From Felis catus (lineage: Eukaryota), in the NCBI RefSeq assembly GCF_018350175.1, contig NC_058368.1, positions 11,284,001-11,348,000 of the forward strand: a DNA stretch of 64,000 nucleotides, given 5' to 3'. Under the pieces are notes generated by a model, which was given only the letters and a program-made list of their open reading frames with translations, was not told where the DNA came from and ran no database searches. The translations under genes and the position numbers were made by a program. How positions within the stretch are numbered: position 1 is the first letter of the stretch; every line of letters begins with the position of its first letter. Positions 52,648 to 64,000 of this stretch are shown piece by piece.

Positions 52648-53652
52648 TGTTCTGACCACCTCTGTTGGCACTGACCACCTATTGGCAAACACCCTTGGTC
52701 TAACCTACACATCACTGCTGGATTAAACTTCCCCAGCGTTTCTATGGGCACATTTTCCTATTCAGAAATCTTTAGGGGCTTCCCATTTTTTAGAGAAGAA
52801 AACTGTAATTTTTCAGACTAGCATTAAGTAACTTCTCTGATTTAGTTCCAGCTTAAAATTTCCAACATTATTTTTCTTCTTTCTGATATACCCAAGTCCC
52901 TGCACCAGCCAAATATGCCTTCTTTCGGTTCACTCAAAACCTTCATTAAATTAATCACTGTAATTATTATGAACAAACAATTATTGTGTGCCTTCATTAC
53001 CATAGGCTTCCTGCCTTGAGTCTTTGCTTAGCTTTCTTCTTGACTCTTGTCTCAAATTTATCCCCTTTCTAAAAAAGGCCCAGGTAAAATCCTACCTTCA
53101 TTTCTCTTCAACTCTCACCTACCCCCTTCCTCTAGTGATCTCCGTCCTGACAACTTGCAGGGTCTACATGCACTCTCAGTATGTTGGTTTACCTACCCCT
53201 GGTTGTGTTTGCTATATGCATACTTACGTAGTGTCCGTGCCAAGTGCAAACCTCACCAATTAAACGTTTTTTTATTCTTCTTCCATGTAACATATGATGA
53301 ATATTTTCATGTCATTAGATATTTTTGAAGTGTGATTTTTAATGGTTTCATAGGTAGTCTGCCTCACATTCCACATTGTATTAAGATATGTAGTTGGACA
53401 TTTAGATGTCCCGTTTTTTTCTATAATATAATGCTGTCCTGAACATTCTTGCTCATCTCTAATTATGTATTTGAGATAAATTCCTAGGAATGGGCTTCTT
53501 GAGAAGCATTTATGAAGTTCTTGATCACATTTCCAAATTTCCTCCCGATATGTTGTACCAACATTTTCTTCTATCAGCAGTGTTGGAGATGCCTATGTTA
53601 TCATTGTCTCATTGGCACCGCAGGTCATAATTTGTCTGTAAGAAATCTTGTC

Positions 53653-53827
53653 GGGGGGCACATGGGGGGCTCAGTCGGCTAAGCGTCTGACTCTTGATTT
53701 TGGCTGAGGTCATGATCTTACAGTCATGAGACCAAGCCCCACGTCAGGCTCTATGCTAGTACGCTGGGTGTGGAATCTGCTGAAGATTCTCCCTCTCCCT
53801 CCCTCTGCCCCTCCTCCACTTGTGTGT

Positions 53828-53873
<46 letters not shown>
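53653..53873 (+). mobile_element. CAN-SINE lacking its poly-A tail, abutting an L1
   Basis: Head and (CT)n present, then a direct switch to antisense L1 sequence. Confidence 0.9.
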
Positions 53874-53877
<4 letters not shown>

Positions 53878-55700
53878 CTGTTTGCCATCTGTTTGTCTCC
53901 TTTGGAAAAAAAATGCCTGTTTAGGTCCTCTGCCCATTTTTAGTTGGATTGTTTGGTGGGTTTCTTGTGTTGAGTTGTAGAAGTGTTTAATATATTTTGT
54001 ATGTTGACTCCTTCTCAGATATGCAAGTATCTTCTCCCATTCAGTAGGTTGCCTTTTCATTTTGTTGATGGTTTAGTCCCACGAGTTTATTTTTGCTTTT
54101 GTTTCCCATGCCCAAAGAGACATATCTAGAAATACGTTGCTACAGCTGATGTCAGAGAAATTACTGTCTATGCTTTCTTCTAGAAGGTTTGTGGTTTTAT
54201 GTTTCCCATTTAAGTGTCTTTAATCCAATTTGAGTTTATTTTTGTGTAAGAAAGTGGTCCAGTTTCGTTCCTCTGCATGTAGCTGTCCAGTTTTCCCAGC
54301 ACCATTTATTGAAGAGACTCTTTTCCCCATTTTGTATTCATGCCTCCCTTGTCACTGATTAATTGGCCATATAGGCGTGGGTTTCTTTCTGTGCTCTCTA
54401 TTCTGTTCCATTGATTTATGTGTCTGTTTTTGTGCCGGTACCATACTGTTTTGATTACTACAGCTTTGTAGTGTATCTTCAAATCTGGAATTGTGATACC
54501 TCCAGCTTTGTTCTTCTTTTTCAAGATGGCTTTGGCCAATTAGTATCTTTTGAAGTTCCATAAAAATAGTATTATTTTCCTAGTATTATTATTCTAGTTC
54601 TGTGAAAAATGCTCTTGGTATTTTGATAAGAATTTCATTGAATCTGTAGATTGCTGTCAGTAGTATGGATGTTGCAACAATATTAATTCTTACAATCCAT
54701 GAAGATGAAATATCTTTCCTTTGTGTCTTCTTCAGTTTCTTTCATCAGTGTCCTAATAGTTCTTTCATATCCTTGATTAAGTTTATTCCTAGGTATTTTA
54801 TTCTGTTTCATGCAATTGTAAATGGAGTTGTTTTCTTAATTTTTCTTTCCCTACTTTGTTATTAGTGTGTAGAAATTCAGCTGATTTCTGTGTATTGATT
54901 TTGTTTTATTTTTTTTTTAATTTTTTTTTCAACGTTTATTTATTTTTGGGACAGAGAGAGACAGAGCATGAACAGGGGAGGGGCAGAGAGAGAGGGAGAC
55001 ACAGAATCGGAAACAGGCTCCAGGTTCTGAGCCATCAGCCCAGAGCCCGACGCGGGGCTCGAACTCACGGACCGCGAGATCGTGACCTGGCTGAAGTCTG
55101 ACGCTTAACCGACTGCGCCACCCAGGCGCCCCTCTGTGTATTGATTTTGTATGCTGTGACTTTTCTGAATTATTTTATTGCTTCGAATAGTTTTTCAGTG
55201 GAGTCTTTAGGGTTATATATATGTATGTATATAGCCATACCATGTAAATGGTATGTATATAGCCATACATATATGTATATGATATGTATATATCATATGT
55301 ATATGGTATCATGTCATCTGCAATTAGTGACAGCCTTACTTCTTTCTTACCAACATGGATGCCTTTTATTTTTCTCATCTGCTTGCTGTGGCTAGGCCTT
55401 CTAGAACTCTGTTGAATAATGGACATCCTTGTTTTATTCCTGATCTTAAAGGAAAGCTCCCAGTTTTCACCACAGAGTATGATGTTATCTGTGGGTTTTC
55501 CACGTATGGCCCTTATAATGTTGGGGTATGTTCCCTCTAAACCCACTTCATTAAGCGTTTTTATCATAAATGATGTCAAATTTTGTCAAATGTTTTTTCT
55601 GCATCTACTGAGATGATCATATGATTATTTATCCTTTATTTCGTTAATGTGGTGTATCATGTTTATTGCTTGGTGAATATTGAACCAACCTTTCATCCCC
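53874..55700 (-). mobile_element. Degenerate L1 ORF2 fragment (RT and C-terminal region)
   Basis: Minus-strand peptides IKGIHVGKKEVRLSLIADDMI (F/YADD-type RT motif), [18 protein letters not shown]...QWNRIES and MKRQPTEWEKI; frameshifted, interrupted by a SINE and a TA-rich repeat. Confidence 0.95.
54905..55132 (-). mobile_element. Young CAN-SINE nested in L1
   Basis: Perfect 18-bp TSD tctgtgtattgattttgt (54887-54904, 55133-55150). Confidence 0.97.
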
Positions 55701-56561
55701 AGAACAGAATATTTTAATTTTGATGACTTTCAGTTTCAAATTATCATGGACTTTGCTCTTGATGTGTTACTTAAGGAATCCTAGGCTGACCCAGAGTCAC
55801 AAAGATTTTTCTCCCACGTTTTCTTCAGAAGTTTTACAGTTTAGGTTTTTTATATTATGGTTTTTTTCAGTTAATCTTTGTACATGGTATGAGATGGCAA
55901 TTGAGGTTCATTTTTTCCATGATAAGTAGCAAAACATCATGAATCTTTCCAGAAAAGGAAATTGGAATAACTCGTCTCTCAAAGACATGTTTGTTGTTTA
56001 AAAAAGAGGGGAGTGGTTTGCCTTCAAGGTGATAGACAATAAATTATTGCTGCTGGTTCTTGAATCTAATTTGGAGCCTACCTCAGATGAGTGAATGAAT
56101 GATTATGGGCAGAAAACCATACATTATGTTACATTACCACTTGGGTTGTTTGGGAGCTAGGCTTGCTTATTTCCCCTAAACAATTAATGTGATTGTGTCA
56201 ATTAATGTTTTTATTTCTACAACAAGCATTTTTGAGACCTAAGGAGTACAAGGCACTGTACTTCTTGGACGGTGTGGGAAAATAATTTCTCTGCAGTCCA
56301 TGAATAACCTGTGTGCAATTAACATCTGACTTCTAGAATGAAAGGAAGTCAAAGTAATTAACTTTCTTGAACCACAAAATGATTATATAAGGAACATCTG
56401 TAAACATTAAGATTTGGCCTCTTGGGAATGTACTCATAAAGATTGTTAAGGGAAAGGTGCGATACATAAGAAATATAGCTTGGAGTTATTTGTGAAATGA
56501 AAAGTATTTCAGTAATTGCCAGAGCCACCAAAGCCTTTTTATCACCTCTTTTTCTCTGTAG

Positions 56562-56717
<156 letters not shown>

Positions 56718-56733
56718 TAGGAATTATGAGGAT

Positions 56734-56793
56734 CTTCCTTCCTTCCTTCCTTCCTTCCTTCCTTCCTTCCTTCCTTCCTTCCTTCCTTCCTTC
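56734..56793. repeat. (CTTC)n tetranucleotide repeat just 3' of exon 4
   Basis: About 14 perfect units. Confidence 0.97.
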
Positions 56794-57834
56794 TTTCTCT
56801 CTTTCAGAAACATAAATCAAAATGGGATTTATGCAGCATCTAAATCTTCCTGCCTATGCATGGATACCTAGCAGGTGCACATGGATACCTAGCAGGTGGC
56901 ACAGGTGGCCCCTTGTCTAGCAGTGGGAGTGCTAGTCACTGCCACTTGTCACAGATTGAAAAGACACACTCAGCCTTATTTTGACATTGGTGGGGCAGGT
57001 GTAAAGGGCCCTAGATTACCTTGCTACTTTCCTGAGCCCTTTCTCTTCCAGTCTGCACCTAAAAGCAGAAAGGCTGTAGCAGGCCCCACATGGTGCTGCC
57101 TAGTCCTTGTTAGGAACTTTGAGCGCCTGGTGTGCCGTCATGGGAAGGAGGCTGGACAGGACCTTAGCAGTAGGCCTGGAGGTGCCATCCATGAGCCCTG
57201 TGACTTTGGGCAGCTCACGACCTCTCTGTACTTTAGTCTCTTCACTAGCGAAACAGGGAAGTCAGATTACCTCATCACGAACTTCCCTTGCAGCCGACAT
57301 TTGTATTATTCTGTGCTCCCCCTTCTCTTATGGATTTGAAAAGTGGAACTTGCTGCTACATGAACCCTTTAGCAACCATAAAATTTAAGATTCTTTTACT
57401 GTCAAATGAAGGTGCCATCCCCCCAAAGTTTACATAAATCTATGGAATTCATATGTTTGAAATATAAGTAAATATAAGAAAGTTGACTATATTTACCTTT
57501 TCTTAAAAAAAAGATTATTTTAAAAACATCTCCATATGAATTGATGGTGCACTTTTTAAAACAGTAAAGACAGAAATGAATCATTCAGAAAATCAGATAT
57601 TAACTACTTCTTGTGAGTGATTTATGTCTCTCATTATTTCTTGACACTTCTAATGCTTTTTTAAAAATATCCACTTCTCAATGTCATGAAATGAATTACA
57701 TTTCATCCAAAGTTGTGATTTCATTTTATAACATGCTTGAGTTTATGCAAGATTCAATCATTTGTTAATCATTTTGTTTGGGAGAGAAATTAATAACTTT
57801 TTATATTGAATCTTTTTTTAGTTGAAGACGGGGA

Positions 57835-57995
57835 ATTTTTTATTAAGATATAACTTATACCTGGCAAAATTCATTCTTTTAAAGTGCGTAATTCTGTGTT
57901 TTTTAGTATATTCACAAGGTTGTACAGCCATCACCACTAATTCCAGAACATTTCATAACCCTGAAAAGAAATCTCATACTAATTAGCAGTCTCTT
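57835..57995 (-). mobile_element. Old L1 3' end
   Basis: aaaattcattcttttaaagtg...tttttagtatattcacaaggttgtacagccatcaccact. Confidence 0.8.
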
Positions 57996-58311
57996 CTCAC
58001 AAATATTTTTTTGATATATCAAATTTGAAAGGTAAAGTCTCAATTCTAAAATTGGTTCAGACTGTGAGATTAATAAATTAATGGTATCATTTTATTATTC
58101 TTCCCATATTACATGTTAGTTTATGAGTAGATATTAAACCTTTCCTTGGGGATGAAGAATGGGGCAGTTTTAATTGAATTAAGTGAGTTTTAGTTTTGTT
58201 TCTCTGTTTTGTCATAATTTAGTTACTAAACCTAGATTTTCCATGAATTTATTTCTTTTTGTATTGAAAATGTTGAAAATGATTATATATATAATGTATA
58301 TATTATTTTAC

Positions 58312-58313
<2 letters not shown>

Positions 58314-58385
<72 letters not shown>

Positions 58386-58472
58386 TAAGAGGCTCCATGC
58401 CCAACATGGGGCTTGAACTCACGACCCTGAGATCAAGAGTTGCATGTTACAGACTGAGCCAGCCAGGAACCC
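58314..58472 (-). mobile_element. (TG)n(TA)n(T)n compound repeat plus short old CAN-SINE, antisense
   Basis: ggcttgaactcacgaccctgagatcaagagt...gactgagccagccagg. Confidence 0.88.
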
Positions 58473-59510
58473 TTGAAAATAGTATTTTAAAACTCACGTT
58501 ACTAATTGTTTTCAGGAGATCAGAGTAATTGCCAATATCAAATATAGCATCAGGACAGTGAAATTTGACTCAGCAGCATTTAATTAGCATTTGGACGTCC
58601 AAAATAAGAATGTGTGTTTGGGCGAAAGCCAAAAGAATGAGGGTATCTAGAGCATGATGTAGGTAATAATGAGAGTTTCTGTTACTAGGGGGAAAAAAAA
58701 GAGGAACTTTAGACAAAAGCGCAAGCAACCGAAAACAGTTAAGTGTGACAGATGTGTACTAGGGTTACAATTTCTAAGATTAGTATAATATCAACATTTT
58801 GACTGCCAAATAAATTTGTCAGATGCTGCTGGCTCCTGGCAGTTAGACCTCAAACCAGCAATAAAGTTGAATTCATTATTGGAAAAGTATAGGTCTTACT
58901 TTTATTTGAAAGCATAAATTGGCTCATTAAATAAAATAGAATCCGGGGTTTAAAGTTTTTTTCCCTGCCAAGAACTGCTACTTTTTCAAGGTCCTCTGGC
59001 CCCTTTTAAAGACCCTTATTGGCCATCCAACACAACCATTTTCTCTCTATTGCTGCTGGCCATCTTTGAAAGTTCTCCTTCCTTTCGGTCTTCAAACATC
59101 TTGTTTACTTATTCCATGCTATAATCTCTAGGTCAGGCTTGATGAATGTTCTTTTTTAAGGCAGTTGGATGTGTTTTCCTCTCCTCCAGCTGGCAGGAGC
59201 TCTTCCAAGTTCTAGTGGGTCTTGAACGACTTCAGATAGATGGTTTGGCCCAGTGCTCTCCCTCCTGGCAAGACTATTTGCAATAATCGTGAATGAATGA
59301 GCTCCTACCCTGTCCATACATTTCTCCTTGAGAGTTAGAGCTGCAACTTCCCTTGCTAACCCATTCTGTCACTCGCCAGCCTTTACTTGACTTGTTTATG
59401 GTTATAGAGCTTCTCCAGAAATTCTTTTTTATATCTTACATATCACCTTCCGTTCTTCTCATTCCCGTTGACTGAAGCAAAAAAAAATACTCCATATTTA
59501 AAATATTCTT

Positions 59511-59810
59511 GGGGTGCCTGGGTGGCTCAGTTGGTCCAACTTCAGCTTAGGTCATGATCTCACGATTTGTGGGTTCGAGCCCCGCGGCAGACTCTGTGCT
59601 GACGGCTTAGGGCCTGGAGCCTGCTTGGATTCTGTGTCTCCCTCTCTGTCTGGCACTCCCCTACTCATACTCTGTCTCTCTGTCTCTCAAAAAGAGACAT
59701 ATTTTAAATTAAAAAAATTTAAATTTAAATAAAAAATTTTAAATAAAAATTTAATAAAATTTAATAAAAAAATTTTAAATAAAAAATTTAAATTAAAAAA
59801 ATATTTTTTT
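59511..59810 (+). mobile_element. CAN-SINE with an expanded AT-rich tail of about 110 nt
   Basis: TSD aatattcttg; tail of repeated aaataaaaattt-like units. Confidence 0.94.
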
Positions 59811-60842
59811 AATATTCTTGATTTATTTTGAAAATACCTGCCTGACAAGCCCAACTCTGGTCCTCCTTTCTCATTGCTTTTACTTAAAATTGCAAGGATG
59901 GAACATTTACATGTTTGAGAGACTATGCTAAACATATTACACGCTTTATCTTATTTAATACTCAAGCAAACCTTTCTGTAATTGCTATTATCATTCCCAT
60001 TGTGTAGATGGAACAGTTACTGGTAAATAGAAGAGGCATCATTTTAACCTACGACTGTTCCACACCAAAGCCAATGCTCGTAGCCACTATTCTATGCTAG
60101 AGTCTCAGCCATCGTTTAATTTGTCTTTCTTTGTTCCATTCCCAGTCAGCCTTCAGTTAGTATGCTAGATGAGCAGAACCCGGGGTGGGGGGGTGGGATG
60201 GAGGTAGACCGACATTTCTGTCCTTTGACAGTGTTTATTCAGCTCCCTGACTTTTGAGTGAGTTCAAATGACTCCACTTTGCTTCTTTCTACCTCTTCTT
60301 CCACCTGCTTTATAACCATTCTCTCTCCCACCACCCCATTCACTTTTTTCTTCTTTCACAAACTTCAAGTGGCAGAAGGTCACGAGGAAAGAGGCATGGA
60401 AACAAAAGAGAAAGAGAGGGAGAGAGAGAGAAATGACTCCTAACCTTTCTCCACCCTCCATAGTCCTGCTGTGGCTGATCATGGTACTACGTCCTTATTA
60501 TTCTCTACGTTGTGTAGCTTCTTTCATAGGTGCTTCTCAATATATACCTCCAATATGACAGCCCTGCCCTGCGTCTGTATCTGTTCTAGAGATGATAGGA
60601 TTCCAGAAAGTTACCTTGGAAGAGCCCACAGGATGAGCTTGTAGACTCACAGATAGCTAGCTACTCAAGTTGACATGGCTGAAAAGTTGAAATTTGAAGT
60701 CAAATATTCTGATCCTGTGTTAGTTCACTGCACCTCACTGGTAACAAAAAGCATTAGCATATATTTACCCCTGCAATCTTGAAATAGCAAATCTGGTTTG
60801 CAGTCCACTGGGAATGAGCCCTAGATGTCTGGCGAATTGTAG

Positions 60843-61049
<207 letters not shown>

Positions 61050-61168
61050 TAAGTTTTAAATTGTCCATGAATTTCAAATATTGGGTCATATGAATTGTGT
61101 TTATTGATTGCTAAGGATCACAGAAGTACTATTACTGATGTGATCTTTAATATTCTCTTCCAAGTTAA

Positions 61169-61276
<108 letters not shown>

Positions 61277-61347
61277 TAATTTGTCTCTTTAGAATTTTGA
61301 AGAAGTTGGGCACTTAAAACTAAAACAAGTTTGCTCTTTTTAGATGA

Positions 61348-61467
<120 letters not shown>

Positions 61468-64000
61468 TAAGTGAACGTCAGCCCTTTACCGTAAGATCTT
61501 GAGCCCCTCCCCTATCGCAGCCCAGTTCCATTCTCCGGAAGGGACTGTGTGTGAGCTTACTGAGAGCTAAGGTCTTTTTTTTGCTATGGGTTTCATGTCT
61601 CTGAAATTGACTAAAAGCGCCCCCGAGGCAAGTACCAAGTCTTTTTCAATTGTTTTCTCCCCTACCTTTTTTACCCCGCATTTGGGCCAGGGGCTACCAG
61701 GAGTCCATGAGTTTCAGACTACTGCATCAAAGAAAGAACCGGACGAACCAAATTGTTTTCCTCTCTGCCACAAATATTCCAAAGAAGTTTACCAGTTTGA
61801 GGAGTCTTGTTTTCTGTATTCTCTGAGCGTGTAGCTACGATATCTATCATCTGTGAATGGGAAAATTCCATTCTAGAATGTCCCTTTACTATAGAGCTTA
61901 CTTAACTCAGCTGAGCTAAAAATGTCCCAGACTCTGTCATGGAAACAAGTCGGGGGAAAATTCTCATTGCTAAATTTATCTGGCCCCATAACGCTACTTA
62001 GCAGGCTAGAACAAAGTGGTGTTAGACCATTACCAATAATATGCTTCTTCCAAAAGTGATGTCACATCTTATTCACCCGTCTTCATCTTACTCAACCCCG
62101 AGGCACATCAGGCAAGATCCCGAATGCCTAGGTGAGGCAAAATGAGCCAGAGACATAATGCGAATCCAGGCCAAGAGTTGAGCTTAAAGCAACAGTGATG
62201 CCCTGATGCTTATGAAATACAGTCTTCAGAAAGTGATTTTTATCTTCAAGAAGAGATGGTGTTTCCTAACTTAGTAGCATGGAAATACCCAGTTATCGAA
62301 AAACAAAAAGTTCTGAAAATGTGTACTCGGCAACCTTACCTAGCCAAACATAGACAAGAACTCAGGCAACAGACCCCCAAAACTCTTCAGTGTGACTTAC
62401 TTACTCTAACCCAGTTTATCCATCTCGGGTAGCTATTTTTTCGAACCCCTAAAACATCGCTGTTGGATGGAAGAGAGGTAGACACACTGATGCCGTGAGA
62501 AATATCAAGCTCAAAGACTGTCAACAACGGAGAGGAAAGAAAAAGTAACCAAAGCACACTGAAAAAACTACAGTGTTACCTGGGCCATTTTGCATGAGAT
62601 CATATCACGCTTTTATCGTAGCCCATTGTGATAATTGTGGTTCATGAGTCATCAAGAAAAAAAAAGCATAATATATTTTTTATTGCAACTAACAATAAAA
62701 GTATTGGCATTTTTAAGGGATAAGCTTCAATTGCCTGGCAGCTTGATTCATATGTATGTACCTCATTCCTATAAAAGATCAGAAAAATGAGTTATTGCTA
62801 TGTGTTCGGCTGATTTGTGTCAAACCCTGAAAATCTCAACATATTCCTGTGTGATTCCTCTTGGTGTTGTCTCAGCCCTATTCTCTTATACTATCGTTTG
62901 GAAAGTTTAATTTGCCAAAAAATGGCTTTTGTGTTTTTCTTAGTTTTTGTGGATTATGCAAACAATATTGGTTTCCTTAGAATGACCTTTCTTAGCCACA
63001 TCAGTTTTGAGTTAGTTATGAATGAATTGAAAAACAATGTCATAAGCAAGCAACACTCTAAGGCTATAGGAATTTCCATATTAGGTCAGATCTATGATCC
63101 ACCAGTCCAGTGTTTTCTTGCCAACCGTGGTTTTTTAAATTTCCGTGATGTCAGTATTTGTCCTAATTCTGCAATAGCCAAGTATGTGAAATGTCTCAAT
63201 TTGGACAATGTTCCAGTACTTTCCACTCATAAGAGAACCCTTTGGCCAGTGAGTTCTTACAGTACCTGCAGTAATGTATAGTAATCACAGTGCTGTATTC
63301 TCACCTAGTCAGTGTATAGGTAACCTTTATTGATAGATGATACAATCTTCAACTAGTGTCATAATCCAAATTATCACATTACTCTTTCTCATGAGTAGGC
63401 CAGAAGCATTACTTTGTCATTGCCTTAGGCAAGTACTGTTTCCTTTGTTCTCAGTGGGGGAAAAAAGGATGTATGCTTATCTACTACAGAGTGGTTATCT
63501 TTTTTTTGTTTCCCAAATAAGCGAGTAATGAAACAGTTCTAATTTTAGATTTTATATCTAGCCGGTAATGCATATGAAATATTGTCTTTATTCTGACTGT
63601 AGTTGTTAATACTTAGTTTTGGTCTTTAAGTTTTAGCAAAATCACTATTTGTAACCTTACTAGTGCTAATGCACTTAACTTCTACTGGTAAAGGGAAAAA
63701 ATTTTGCTGGTTTGTGATATTTGCCCAAAGTGTTGACTTCTTCAAAGTCAGTTTAGTTAAGATTAGATTTTTTTAGAGTAAGTTTTTTTGGTTAAAATCT
63801 GGTATATTTATTTAAATAGTCATAATGGCCTCTAAGATTCATAGATTTCAAAATTGCTTTCTCTTTATGTGATATAAACACGATGTACATATTCTTATAC
63901 TCTTTTATATGTACTAAACATTTTAAAGCAGTTTATTTTTATACTGCTGTTATAGTAATCCAAAGACTGAGTAACGATTTAATTACTGTATTTACTAAAG

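Noticed and set aside
53874..55700. Reverse transcriptase as part of a novel system
   Set aside because: Ordinary fragmented L1 ORF2 with frameshifts and insertions.
56896..57339. 147-aa ORF after exon 4
   Set aside because: GTG start, partly MIR-derived, no coding signature.
62817..63281. 154-aa ORF, the longest in the track
   Set aside because: Non-ATG start, no recognisable homology, does not match the expected next FRY exon (FPAVKKKF...), and has intron-like composition.

Overview
Mammalian genomic DNA from a felid (the SINEs carry Felidae SINEC_Fc-type diagnostic sequences). The whole window lies inside the 5' part of the FRY (furry homolog) gene on the + strand. Six consecutive coding exons (equivalent to human exons 2-7) were found at 16901-17100, 40200-40253, 56562-56701, 60896-60986, 61196-61275 and 61386-61466. 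All have GT-AG boundaries and consistent phases, and they splice into one open frame ([11 protein letters not shown]...EVIGVLAQA). The canonical first exon (MASQQDSGFF..., recalled from human) is not in the window. The rest is intron with about 29 CAN-SINEs (many with target-site duplications, TSDs), L1/L2/MIR/MER5/MLT remnants and microsatellites. The main observation is a phase-compatible candidate alternative first coding exon at 990-1050 (MEITTACWRRSCVISFIKGL) in a repeat-poor, promoter-like region with an upstream uORF. Also noted: a weaker second 5' exon candidate, an internal AUG aligning with the FRYL start, an in-frame alternative acceptor for exon 5, a microsatellite-built cryptic acceptor after exon 4, and inverted SINE pairs around exons. 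No prokaryotic-type or wholly new system is supported. Repeat family names and boundaries come from recognition, not from a search, and are approximate.
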